Positions 17,101-33,006 of a stretch of 64,000 bases of DNA are shown piece after piece. The notes beneath the pieces were generated by a model, which ran no database searches, was not told the DNA's origin, and was given only the letters and a program-made list of their open reading frames with translations. The DNA is from Ptychomitrium polyphyllum (taxonomy: Eukaryota), in assembly GCA_973851085.1 (NCBI GenBank), contig OZ316775.1:5642001-5706000 (forward strand), in the 5' to 3' direction. Made by a program: the position numbers and the translations under genes. The stretch's first letter is position 1. Each line of letters begins with the position of its first letter.

Positions 17101-17922
17101 CTCGTCCAGTATTGAGCCTGCCTAGAAGGATGGCGAAGCAGAAAGCTAGATGTTGAAATGTCGACGTGCAGATAGCTTCAGGACTTACTCACCTAAAATA
17201 TACCTAAATCGCTAAACTATATCCTACACTAAATCCTAAACCGCTAAACTATATACAAACGATATTAGTCTTCAACACGGATCGAAGGCATCTCCACCCA
17301 AGGCCGGTCTTCCATGAAGAGAATGATGGATCCGCCCAAGCGGCATTCACGACTTCCTATACCCAGTGGTGTAAATCGTAGTACGGAAAAGCTTACACTG
17401 CTTGAATCTGCGTTCTAGTTATTGAAGCTCACAGGATGGCATTGTCCCCATGTTTAGACGAAGAAAATAGAGGACGTATTCAAGTCCCATACACGTGGAA
17501 AGAAGATAATCGAATACCATCTTATCCGCCATATGCACAGGTGTATTGTACGCAGGTGACAATCTCCATATTTGTCCGAACCTATAAACCCAGGACTACC
17601 AGAGCCCTGAGAGGAGTTATATTTAGACCAAAGGAACCAAATCTATCTTAACAAAAACAAGTTACTTCTTGCTACTATCAGCTGAAAGTCTAGGAATTGC
17701 AATAAATAAATGATTGAGAAAATCCGGATCAATCTCAACGAACTTTTCTCAACATCTTATAATTCACCTGCATGCACTAAGAAAATAAGGTTCATACCAA
17801 GAACGTAATATTGGTCAAAAGAGTAATGAGATAAACAAAACCAGGAAAAAGAAAAGAAAAGAATAGAACAACTTTGTAGTAGATCTCGTCCAGATACAAT
17901 TAGCCAGGTATAGTTTTGGTAC

Positions 17923-20900
17923 CTAAGTGGCAAGGATAAAGTCCGGGCAGTTTTTGGCACGTGAGCCATCACAGCCAAGGACATCCCTGTAGTTTCTGGA
18001 TATCCAGAATTGATCATAGACTTGGCCATCCATGCTCTTCTTGTACTCAAATAATAAAGTGGTACTATTGAAGGCTGTCAATTTTGTGAATCCGAAATCC
18101 AGATCTTTTGCAATACTCCAGAATGGGGCATAAGGGCTAAATGGCTCCAGATTACAGCCTCCACCACCTGCTACTATGTGGATCGTGGCGTTGAATGTGC
18201 CAGAGTAGTGGTCTTTTTCAGTGCTGACACATTGATTCTGGAACAGATAAAATTTTATCGATAAATACGATATCACAAAATAAAAAGTCTCAGAAAAACC
18301 TCTGATTTACATTCTAAGGAAAGGAATAGTAGAAAATTGGGTTACAGAATCGCACAATTGCTTGAGACACAATTTAGTATCAGCCTCCCACTCAGCAAAT
18401 CAAGGATGCAGTACCAAACGTTTTGAATCGTAAGTACATCCATATATCACATCAACAATCGACCAAAAAAATCTGCCTTGTCTTAATAATCTTCTTGTAG
18501 TCGATCAGCATTGCTCACCTCATACACAGGGCAGCTTCGCTCATAGTTATGCACGTGGCCATAGAAAGCAAGGTCCACTTTATATTTTTGCCAAAGCTTT
18601 TGCAGGCTCTCTCTACCATAAGGCTCTGCAAATGTGCCTTCCATAGCATAATAGATACCAGAAGAGTAACCAAGCACACGATGTGCCAGAAATATCAACC
18701 ACGGTTGTCGTTGCCGATCAACCTTCGCAAAACACTGCTCCAGAAACTTGTATTGTTCAGTGCCTTCTCTCCAGTCCATCTCTGTATCTGCAACACAGAA
18801 GTGAAACATGCCCCAGTCTGCTTCATACCTGCACGGTCAGCTCCTGTTGCTGAGTCAAATTCAGTCTTCTTCCTTAATTCTGTAGCTATGATGAACTGAA
18901 CTTTCAAAAACCACCAACTGGATATTTGAGGAAAAAAATGGAAGAGAAAGTTTAGCCATTCTATTTTTCTCCGCCTCTACGCAATGCAATAAATGTGGAC
19001 AATCCCACAATGCATGTATCAAATAAAGGTTATACTGCTTCTGTCATAATATCAAGCATTGTTTCGCTGGGTACCGATATACTTAGAGTAAAGACGAAAA
19101 TCAGAGGCTAACGCTACAAAATTTTCCTTTCAAGGACTGCTCTCACCATATCCTGACCTACATTTATGTACAGAATTTCAACAGACACCACGACTACTAG
19201 AGCTCTCAAAACATGTCTTACCAGGACTTGGCTTTATTTCTGGTTGGCATATGGTACATGACTTGCGATGGTACTCCACATTCACCTCCAGAGTCCATAT
19301 TTTGAAAGAATGAACCAGATCCTGGATAATCTCGCTCATGATTACCACTGCAGCAAATGGTTTCAACGAACGTACTTATGAGGAAATTCGACAACCTCGA
19401 CAGCATTCAAATCAAAATTTGTAGTAATATTGACTAGAAATATCAAGTTTCTTTCAACGCATACTTTGTCACCATGTAAGGAACACGTGCTGCTATTTCT
19501 CCAACTTGTTCGTGGAACTGGTCCCACTGAGATATGTATCTGCACACAAATTATAAACCTCAGTTAGTTAAAACGGGGAAACAGTAGGTAAATTCCTTGA
19601 TTGGTATAGTATCTCACATTCTGGGAATAAAACAACATGTAGTGCTTAATGAACTAAAGTCAGTTCATCAAGCCTCTGCTTCTTTGCACGGTAACATCTA
19701 TGAGAGGGGGTGTCACACGAGCAAATCCTCAGAAAATGCAATATTCAGAAAATGCTTACTTCATCCAACTTCAAATGATCTCAAATTTTCCCAAGCTACC
19801 ATTCTCCTACTTCGTGGAGTGCATGAGAATGTGTCACCCGTTCCTCCAACCTCAATGCATTCTTCGAGAATTGACATTCCCGACTCCAAATGAGTCGGGG
19901 CTGTCAATCCTCAGGAAATGCATTAAGGTTGGAGGAGAGGGTGATGCATTCTCATGCACTCCACGAAGTTGGAAAATGGTAACTCCGAGTAACTCATGCA
20001 TGGGTGGAGTAAATATTCCCTGAGGGTTGCATTCTCAGATAATGAAATCGTGTAAGATCCCCTACTAGTAGTGATGGACATGATTTCGGGTCTTCGCTCC
20101 TGTTCCTAAACAATTTCATTATATTTCTGATGATGTCACATCTGGATATTTCAAAAACAAAATTCAATTGAGTTGCACTTTCTGTGATTGTGTGAATTAT
20201 GGAACATTGCTTGATCTCAACACGTCAGTGATTGGGCATAAGGTCCTTGATTTAAGAAAAATTTGCAGTAGTTATTCCTATAATGAGTAATAGAACTTTA
20301 ATAATCTGAGTAGTACCCATTTGCGTAAGCCAGATCTCCAATATGAAATACAATGTCGTAATTGTCCACATCCTTGAAAAGTTGATCAGTGGTATTAAGA
20401 GCACCACGCTGAAACTGATTGTATTCAATTGATCCATCTCTTTCATCCTGGACGTGCCAGATATATGTGCCTTTCAGAAAATGTTGAAGTCAAAAAGGAA
20501 AGTGTACAATATCCCACGACAGCCCAATGGTTTCGAGGACGGTAGCTTGAGCAAACAGGTTACAGTATTAAGCTTAATCTTCTATATAACTTAAAATCCA
20601 TGAGGAAATAAGAACCAACTTGTAGCCAAGAAACGTCATACCTTTCCCATGTCACCTGCGCAATACATTACAAAACACCATGTACAATAGTCATTAGATT
20701 GCATCAATCGTAGACAATCAGCAGCAGGGAGGATCATATAATTTTAGAAAGATTCATGTCTAGTTTCGTACCAAATATTACCACGCGCTGCACTGTATCT
20801 TCACCCAGGGCAGGAGCAGAAGTGAAATAAGAAGTTGGGCCCCAAACATAACCGCCATCCTTCATCCTATGCCCCACCTTGTAGTAGTATCTGGCATCAT

Positions 20901-23607
20901 TTCAGAGGTCATCTCAAAATCAACGACTTGAAGTAACCTCAGTAAGCCCACGTTTATAAATAATTAAAGTAGTCACACAAATCTCATTTTAGAAAAGAAT
21001 TCAAATGAAAAACCCCATGTTCACCTGGTGCTTGGCCAGAGCTCCTTGAGGTAAGCAGTGTGGACAAAACCTGGATCTCTCCATCCTACTGTTCTAGCTG
21101 GTGGTCCTGCACTTATTTAAGAAACATTTTCAATGAATAAGCCGATCTCTTTGCCCCCTGCTCCTCCGATGAGTTTTAGGTCACATTTGTAAGCTTTAGC
21201 AGACAACAACTCGCACCCAAACAATCCGTCTTTAAGAATTGTGATCACTTCTGATCTGGGTCCAAAAAAGGGTCCATTGACGATGTGCACCTAAATTGGA
21301 GTTAAAATGCTCCATATACACTGGCGTGCTCTGCTACAGACCGAGATTATGGACAAAGGCTCATTTTGGCGATCAGCTCCAACTAACTAGACAGGCATTT
21401 TAAAGTCGTTTAACAGGCCTTGTCTATGTTCATAGCATCAAGAGTTAATCACCTAAAATTTACGTGAATGTTCAAACCTCATTCTTCGACCTCTATAATG
21501 AAGCCCTAATATGCAAACTGAAACGTATTTTCAGATCATACTCCATTGAGCTCTACCGTGATGTCAGTTCTTCTAGCTCAAAGATATGATATGAATAGTC
21601 AAGACACTGCAATAACGGCAAAAAAATTGGAAGTACAAATTATGAAATCCAGATACCTACCACACATATCATATCGATTGAAGGTCAATGTGCTGGCAGG
21701 AGACAACCAAGACTCCTTGTCAACTTCGGTTCCCCACTGCACCACCGCATCTGAGTCTTTCTTACCATATCCACTTGTCCATGTAACTGTCATCTGCATA
21801 ATATGCACAAACCTTTCCAAACAACATTAGGAAAATGATATGACAGGGATTAAAAGGAATGTAACCTACGCATCAATGTATCACGGATTCAAATTCAATT
21901 TGGTTCTAAAAATCACCACGACAATCTTTACAAATTAAATTTCACATCAAAAATTTCAGATAAAAACAGCATTTTGCGTAATTATCACCTGTAGCCAGTG
22001 CCCCTGATTTCCCTGCTATCTTTGGAATGTATTTCCTGAAGTAGGTTAAGGAGAAAACTAAGCGCTACAGTCACCGTATCTTAGAGAAACAATAATTGGA
22101 TGCTTATCTTAATGATCGATCAATCACTGGGCATAGTAGAGGGTACTCTCTATCTCTATTTTAATATAGTTTTTCAAATGGTGCAATTGAATCGAGCCAC
22201 TTACTTGATCCCATATGGATCCAAGAGCCAACCTCGGATACACAGGTGCATTTGCATCTGCAAAAGATATACTGTTGGAAATTGCCTCCAGGACTGGCTG
22301 CTCCCCACATGCATCCCAGAAAGTCTTTTAGATACAGCTTCCTTTGAATCCCTTTCATGTGTAGAACGTCAAGGACTTGCTTCTAGTAAAGGTTTAAGCA
22401 CACTTAAGGATTAATACAATTCTTTTTAACAGCTCTAGAGATCTCTGTTCGTAAATTGAGAGGCAGGACGGGGAAGAGGGCAGATATCTCTGTGCACCAT
22501 TGTTTCATTAAGGATATTCATGAATAACGGAAAAACCGACCAGCAAGAACAGAACGGGCCCACCATGAATAAAAGTAGGCCAAAAATAAAAGAAGGAAAA
22601 AGAACCTTACATTTGTGATGTCACCAGAGAAAAGTCCAAAAGCAAAGTCAGACCGCTGCTTGATCAATCGAAAAGTCACAGATCCTTCCCCGTGGATCAC
22701 GTAATCGGGTGACGAATGATTGGCATACTTATACTGCAGTTGAAACACGTATTAACGGTATCACACACTCGACCTAGACGCGACGCATATAGCAAATAAT
22801 GAGCCCATTGAGATACAACATTTGCTAGAAACAACCCTAAACAAAGATGTAAACTTACTTTGATGGGAGCTTGACAAATGTAAGGCTGGTATTCCCTAGG
22901 ATCCAAATCCTCCAAACATTCTGATGCACTGCGCAGTTTGGGGACAAGGGTATTACTCAGGACATAATTCAAGGCAGCGCATAATAATATTCTATTTTCT
23001 AGAAGGCTTTTTATTTAAATTTCAAAACGCTATACATGTTTGTTGTGAGGATTCGTATCGTAATGTTGATACATACACGTCTTTCAGAGGATATAATAAT
23101 TAAAGAAACGCAAACACTATTAACCCCACGCCAAAGGGGTACATCTAGAGACTGAACAAGGAGACGAACATACTTGAATTTTGCAGGTGAGAATACTCCA
23201 ATCCAGTCTGTTTCGCTAGCACCGTAGGGTTTCTTGTACTTGATAGTGACGTATTCTGCTGTTTCTCCCTGCCAACACAGAAAGGCTCAATTTTTGATGC
23301 CATCGTGTGCATAGAAAAATCAGGCAGTATAAACTCCATAGTCAGTGCGTTCTGCTTTCCCAAATGCAACATCTTGACATACTTTGATGAGATGCAAGTG
23401 AGAGCCGTGTACCTTCTGGCCAAGAAGGACTGGGTTTGCACTTATTGTGATTGATTTATCTAGCTTCTGAGATGAGCGATGAAGAGCAATTTTTGACAAG
23501 GGCTGGGTATCATCTTGCCGAACTTCCAGATCCCAGAGACTTGAGGCCCTGTAAACCAGAATCGCCAGTACGAAAAGGACTAACCTAATCTTCGCTACTT
23601 TCTCCAT
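17923..23607 (-). CDS. Purple acid phosphatase of the nucleotide pyrophosphatase/phosphodiesterase (PAP1/PAP27-like) type; 14 exons: 23607-23413, 23268-23174, 22928-22859, 22733-22611, 22297-22205, 21793-21661, 21106-21025, 20890-20772, 20655-20642, 20447-20317, 19539-19465, 19347-19222, 18828-18519, 18237-17923
   Basis: Hydrophobic N-terminal signal (RLVLFVLAILVYRASS), QPLSKIALH, DWIGVFSP, MTVTWTSGY, GWRDPGFVH, and the metal-ligand blocks FGDMG, HIGDLAYANG, GNHERD, FLAHR and GHVHNYER. All introns are GT-AG with consistent phases. Confidence 0.95.
19705..20063. repeat. Long imperfect inverted repeat (fold-back; MITE-like or hairpin-RNA locus) inside an intron of the phosphatase gene
   Basis: Core arms 19798-19886 and 19892-19980 are reverse complements around a 5-nt loop (CAAAT). 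Weaker pairing extends to the termini AGGGGGTGTCACACGA and TCGTGTAAGATCCCCT (13/16 match). Confidence 0.9.
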
Positions 23608-25747
23608 GACGGCTTCAACCCTGTAACTGCGCCACACTGCTTAGTCTGTAATCTGCCAAACAGCCACCGTATCAGCTGATTCTGCCCTACAAAATGTGCA
23701 ATCAAGTTGGACTTTTTCGAAGAAACGGTTTGCTTTAGGAATGAAGAGTTCTGTAAGGTTTAAGGTACCACAGTTTCTTCACCGTTGTGGAACGAAAGGA
23801 CAGTAGCGAACTGAGGACCTACACAAATAAACGCATAGCCAACATTGCAAAAGGAGACACTGCCAACAGAAACGATAAATGCTGAGGCTATCCAAGGCTC
23901 AATAGACAGAACGTAACTTAATTTGGCTGAATGACTTAATAAAGCCTTAACAATGTTGAGATTACAGATTACAACAATAAGAGAGAACTCCTGCGGATTT
24001 ACTAAAATACTGCATAACGACACAATCATGGCCTGATTTAAACAAAACCTCAGAACAAGGCTAGTTGAAAAAATCTAACAACCTGAACAGTGGTTTCACT
24101 CTGCATAGCCCGGAGGTTCACTGATACTTCAAAAATGTCAAGGATCGGGAAGAGTACATACGAATGAAACGATGATCAACCATACGAATAGAAACCCTAG
24201 AAAAGCCCTCACAAAACAATCACACCTAAAAACCACCAGACACTGACAACTCTGAGATTGCATCAGAAGAATGAGTAGGTTGTTATGTCACCACAGAGGC
24301 AGAAGACCAAAAAGAAGAGTTGAGGAATCCATTCCACATGAACAGAGCAAAAACGAAAGAGCAGAGAACAGAAAAGGAAAAAAGAAAGACTACAAATTTC
24401 TCAGTCACCCACACCACCATTTTACATGGGCGTAACCAAACAAGCTCCCTTAGAACTCCATACCTCCATAAAGCAGAATTACTAAATTCTCCAACTCTTA
24501 CGGCCATTCCAAGCGTCGCACAATTCCAATCTCCAGTAAAATTTACTACATGCTCTTCTCTCGCTAACTACGTTTCCAGCTTTCGCCAACTCGGGCGACT
24601 CAGACGCGGCTTATGATTCTTCTTGCCACTACCAAAGAGCAACATCAAACCTAAAACTTCCCCAGTCTAACAATCATTCCTTTATTGAGAAAATGACAAA
24701 TGCAAAATGGAACCCAGCTCTGCCATTCTTCGCCACTCATATGAGAAAATGATCCAGCAACACAACAAAGACAGACATCAACACAGACACCCCAAATCGT
24801 CAAATTTCAGTGAACCCACCTCTGGTATTCGCAATCAGTCGCACTGATGCGACGGTGCAAAACTCAAAACCCACCTAATGATCCTTGCAATCTCGTACTT
24901 CAACGCCACCTCAGGGCCCTGATGTGATGGCTCAATCAACACTGGATTCCGCGGCAGTATATAGCAACCCCAGCTATTCTAAGCATATTCCTTCCTAATC
25001 CTTCAGAAAAATATGGTTAAATTTATCCACTTTATGCTTTCAGACTCTACAAAAGGTCTGCACTGCCTTCTTGCGTGCCTCTTAAGAAAAACAAAACTTC
25101 AACATCGGTGACATGCTGAGCTCTGTTTCCACTGTTTCCACTGTTTCGCCAGGTTGCTGAGATCTGAGAGACGCTCCGCTGCATTCTAATGCCATCCGCC
25201 TCTGCTGAAATCGACGATCGGCTAATTTATGTGGATCCACTATATCACACGATCTGTCTGAGTGGTTTGGACGCATTCATGTGAGTCCATGAAGCTTAAT
25301 TACCACTAATTAAGCAATACTAATTAAGCATTATGTGTGGTAATTCACTAAGCCGATCCCACAGATGTAACTTACTATGAGGTGTAGTGAGTACGACCGG
25401 CTTGCCAGGCAGAGCTGTGGCAGAGATGCCAAACAACTGGGATGAGATGAAACAGTTATTTCCCTTGTTTTACTTCGAGACGTACGAGCGAATGTTGGTA
25501 TATTAAGCGGCCCATAGGTGTCTGTGCTGTCCCCCACTTTTGTACTTTGTTTGCGGATTAGAACTTGCAACCCGACAGAGCTGAACTGTCTGCCGGCCGC
25601 AATAACTAACTTGCCTCAGCCGGCCTGGATTCATCTTGCTTTGACAATTTACTCCATAGCTCCAAAAACTGCCTCCTCTTTGGTTGCAGGGGCCTTGCAT
25701 TCCAGGGCATTTGCAAGGCTCTACATCACATTTTCGATCGAAATTAA

Positions 25748-28712
<2,965 letters not shown>

Positions 28713-31700
28713 ATCTACAATCTGCATATATTTATATATACATATATTCAAACATTTGTTCTCTTCATATCTATCATTCACCACAGATACTATTACACTT
28801 CTTATTACATACATTTTTGTTGGGGCTTTGTCATAGTCATAACCGTAGAACTACTACATACACATATTTTCATGATGCTAGGGGAGCCAGTGGAGTTCAA
28901 TTTAAAGAAGAGATGAGTTTACGCTATTAGAATAAATTAGCATTGAGGAAGATTGTTGAGGCAGCTTAAAAGGGAATAATAAGTTAATAAAAAATTATCA
29001 AGTGCTTATTTTGTAAACGAACTAAAACATGATTGTTAATAAGATGCATACATGTGCAACTGTTTTCTAACATGTTTTTTTTCTTTTTGTGGTTTTACTG
29101 TTCTCTTAGTTGTAAGGTACACACATTGTAAATTACTTTTAAACGACAAATTTTACATGGTTTTCTCTTTTTCCGTTAGGATAGCTCTGTCCTTTAATAT
29201 AGCTTTTATAATAAAATATTCCATCAAAAAATATTGAAATTTGAATGTCTACAAAATTTTATTCATTGCTTGATTTTTATTTTTTTTTATTTCGAAAAGC
29301 ATTTAATTAGTATTTTGTGAAAATTTAATTTTGCAAAAATTAAAATTTTAAATTTTAAAAATATGGACTTTATATATATTAATAAAAAAATTTAAACTCT
29401 ATACAAAAACAAAAAGATTTGTAATTATTCATTAAGGTTTATGAAAATGTATGATAAAAGATTTTTTTCTTTATTTAATGTAAAAAATAGAAGGATAAAA
29501 CATAATTTGTTTATTTATATAAATACCATATTTCTAAGTTCAATCCATATGTATATAATTGGATAATATGAATAATAAATATGATAGTATACAAAGTAGT
29601 CAATTAGTTATTTTGTAATTAAAATGTTATATAACCAAATTGAACCTTTAAATATAGTATTTGGATTTTTTCTTGAGAATTGAAAAAATTACAACCACTT
29701 GATACCATTAAATCTAAAAATCAAATATTATAATTTAATGAGAACTCTTGTTATGAAAATTTGAAGCTTTATAAATTATGAATTTTCATTGATATTAAAG
29801 CATCATAATACATAATATGATAATAAAAATAAATTTAAATATGCTATAAACTTGAACTTTGAAATTTATTAAAAAATTTGTAAAATGACTTTGGCATAAA
29901 TAAATTGCAATTATTCTATGGTATTAAGTATTTAATTTTAATTTATAAAATATCTTTTAAAGCTTTTTACTTGATTTTCTATAGAAAATTCAAAAAGTAT
30001 TGAAAATTCTTAAACATTGAAGAAAGATGCATATTAAGCTCAAAATTCATCAAAATAACATCCATTGGAATTTGTGGCTTTTTTGAATCTACAACTTGTT
30101 AAATGGCATTAAATGTCCAAGAAATCCATGAACGACCCAGTATAGAAAGATTAAAAGAATATAACTCAAAGATGCTTATATATTTCAAAAATTAAATTTT
30201 ATGTGCTCTACTTTGTAACATCTATTAATATCCATCATAATATCAGATTTTTTTTACAAAATAATATTCTAAATGTACATGGAAGAAAATGAAGTAGTGT
30301 ATAAGAAAAAATGCCAGTAATAATCTAAAAAGAAATGACTAAGTGCTTAGGTACGCCTAATTTAAACATTTGAATTTGTGTTTGCAATTTGCATTTGAAT
30401 GCATGAAATTTGGATACATACAATTTCTAAAATGCACTTAGGCATTATTTACTTGCATGTATGCGCTATATTCATATAAAAAATGCTAACTAATTATATA
30501 ATTGTGATGAATCACATTATATAATTTTAATATCATGCTCAATTTGTAATTAATTGCAAAAATACTCCAACAATTCATTTAATAAATTTGAACAATTAGA
30601 ATGAATTGTAATCTATTAAACATTCTTATGCAGCATTTTTAACTTTTGAAAGAGAATTTTGATGTTTTGAAGTTATTTTTAGAAAAAATTCCAAATGGCT
30701 GTTTATGTTGGATAAGCATTATGGCATTTGAAAGAAGAGATAGTAAGGTTTTTTATAACAATAAAGATGGAATTAATTTTGCAGATGACCAAGTATTTAA
30801 TGCTTCATGAGTAAAAGTTGTATTTTTTTAATAAATACGTGCTAATGATGATTGTTTACAAATCTCCAACTCATACATTGGTGGTAGCAACTTTATAAAA
30901 ATAAAATTTGACAGCAATAAATAAAATATTTGTTTTTTCAAAAATTCTTCTTTTGAATATGGATAATAATAGGTTGTTTTAAGCCAAAGCAATTTTAGGA
31001 ATCCACATCTTTTATATAGAATGACAATATCAATGTTTAAATGCAATGTGATAATATGAATAATTATCTAAAAGAATCTTTTTGAAAAGAACCATGCGAT
31101 GAAAGAAATGTGCAAATAGTTGATTTTTTTAAATGAAAAATATGTCTAGTTTTAAAAGAAGAGTCAAAAAATTCAAAATTGAAAAAAATTAATGTTAGTA
31201 GAAATAAAATATCTTTATTTGATGGATTTTTTGAATTCATAAAATTTTGTTTATAAATAAAATAGGATTAAAGTAATATGAAACAATTTTACATTCATTA
31301 TTATTGCATTGTAATGGGCTCTACTCATCTACATATATATACTCACATACAATTATATCTTTGATTGCTACTCATGTAAATTCATCTTTTAAACTTCATT
31401 ACGCCATAATGCTATGATTTGGTTTTTCATTCTAGAGCAAAATACATTTCACTTGAATGTTCAATTCCATTCCTAATTATCAAAGGCATACCAATCAAAA
31501 CCAAAACCAAAACCAAAATGAGTATAAAATGTAATTTTTGTACCTTTAATGAAATTTGAATCAATATCATAACAATACTTACAATAATTGTAATAAAATG
31601 AAGAAATTATTTCTAAAATTAATTTTTAATTTTTAATTTATCTTAATAGATTGAGTTTTGATATATATTATTTTGAACATTCACCATAATTATTACATTT

Positions 31701-32132
31701 ATGCATGATTCTTTAGTTTTATAATTTTTTGCTAAACTAAAATCCTATATAATTAAAATGTCAAATGATATTATTACAAAAATTGAAACAAGATTATATA
31801 AATGGAATTAAAATTTTAATTGTTATAGATTAATTTTGGAATAACTTACTTCAATAAAATCTTACAGTTAGAGTTTAATTTAATTTTAAAATAATCACAC
31901 TTGGATGAAAAATAAACATGAATTCTTAACAAACATGAATTTTTTATTATTTTCACATTTCTAGTGTATTTGCATTACCTTCCCATCTAATAATGTAAAA
32001 AAAAACTATGACTATGAACAAGGGTTGTAGCAAGTAACTTCAAATCACCAAAAGAACCAAATAGAGGTAATCCAATGTTTAAAGCACAATTTTTGCTTTA
32101 TTGAAAGGTGATTTTTTGATGGAGTAGATTAT

Positions 32133-33006
32133 TGTTATAGACATGGATCATACAATATATTGTTTAAGACCTTGTAGAGCCTTTTGGTACATTGTAATGA
32201 CTTCTTAAGAATACTTTCAATGCTTCCATAGTCATTCCAATCCTTGGAAAACTTACAAAGGTTCCATTTTCTTGGGGAATTTTTTAAGAAAATTTCATAA
32301 GATTTTAAAACATTTTTAACCTTCATAGGAAGCTTATTTAGAAGTATCTTAGAAAATACCAATGTCAAAATATAAATAAGAGGCAAGACAAGGTATACAT
32401 TAGTTTTGCTAATACAAGTTGTGGATTAAAATATATCATGTCTTCATTCAAAACATTGTATCAATTCCTATTAATTATTAGGTCTTTGGAAGCTAATTTT
32501 TAAAAACCACTTTGAGTCTGCTTCCCATTTCTTGTGTCCTAAATAGTTTAATAATGATCATTCTTTATTTTTGTTAGAGCTAAGGTTTTTTTTAAAAAAA
32601 ATAATGGATTTTCCATATTCTTTAGTATTCTAAAGCGTATAGAAGTTGTAGATTATCCAATACTAAATTAACACTATAAGACGATTTCTTCTTCTAAAAA
32701 CAAGTGTTACTTCTTTTGAAGAAGGACTTATCTTTCAAAAGACTTAGATTATCCACATTTAAAGAAATTGATGATTTTCTTGTTTTTGACACTTTTAAGT
32801 ATGTAAATATTCTTCTTGACAATTAATATGATCCTTAAGGTTGCAAATTACCTTCTACCAAGCAAGTCCTTTATTTTCTACTTTTTTGTTTTCATTCACC
32901 AATTAAATAATCTAAATATGGTTAATGTGCCAAAAACATTAGACACTAAATTATCAACTATTGTAAACCTTCAAAGTTTACTAAACATAATTCAAATAAG
33001 ACATGC
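32133..33006 (+). mobile_element. Old truncated gypsy fragment (LTR, leader and start of gag), interrupted by a younger relative at 33007
   Basis: Starts TGTTATAGACATGGATCATACAA like the LTR at 63030 and has the TATAAATAAGAGGCAAGACAAGG box. Its MVNVPKTLDTKLSTIVNLQSLLNIIQ parallels MNNVPETSENRFAIIADLQELLNIVQ at 33542. Confidence 0.75.
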
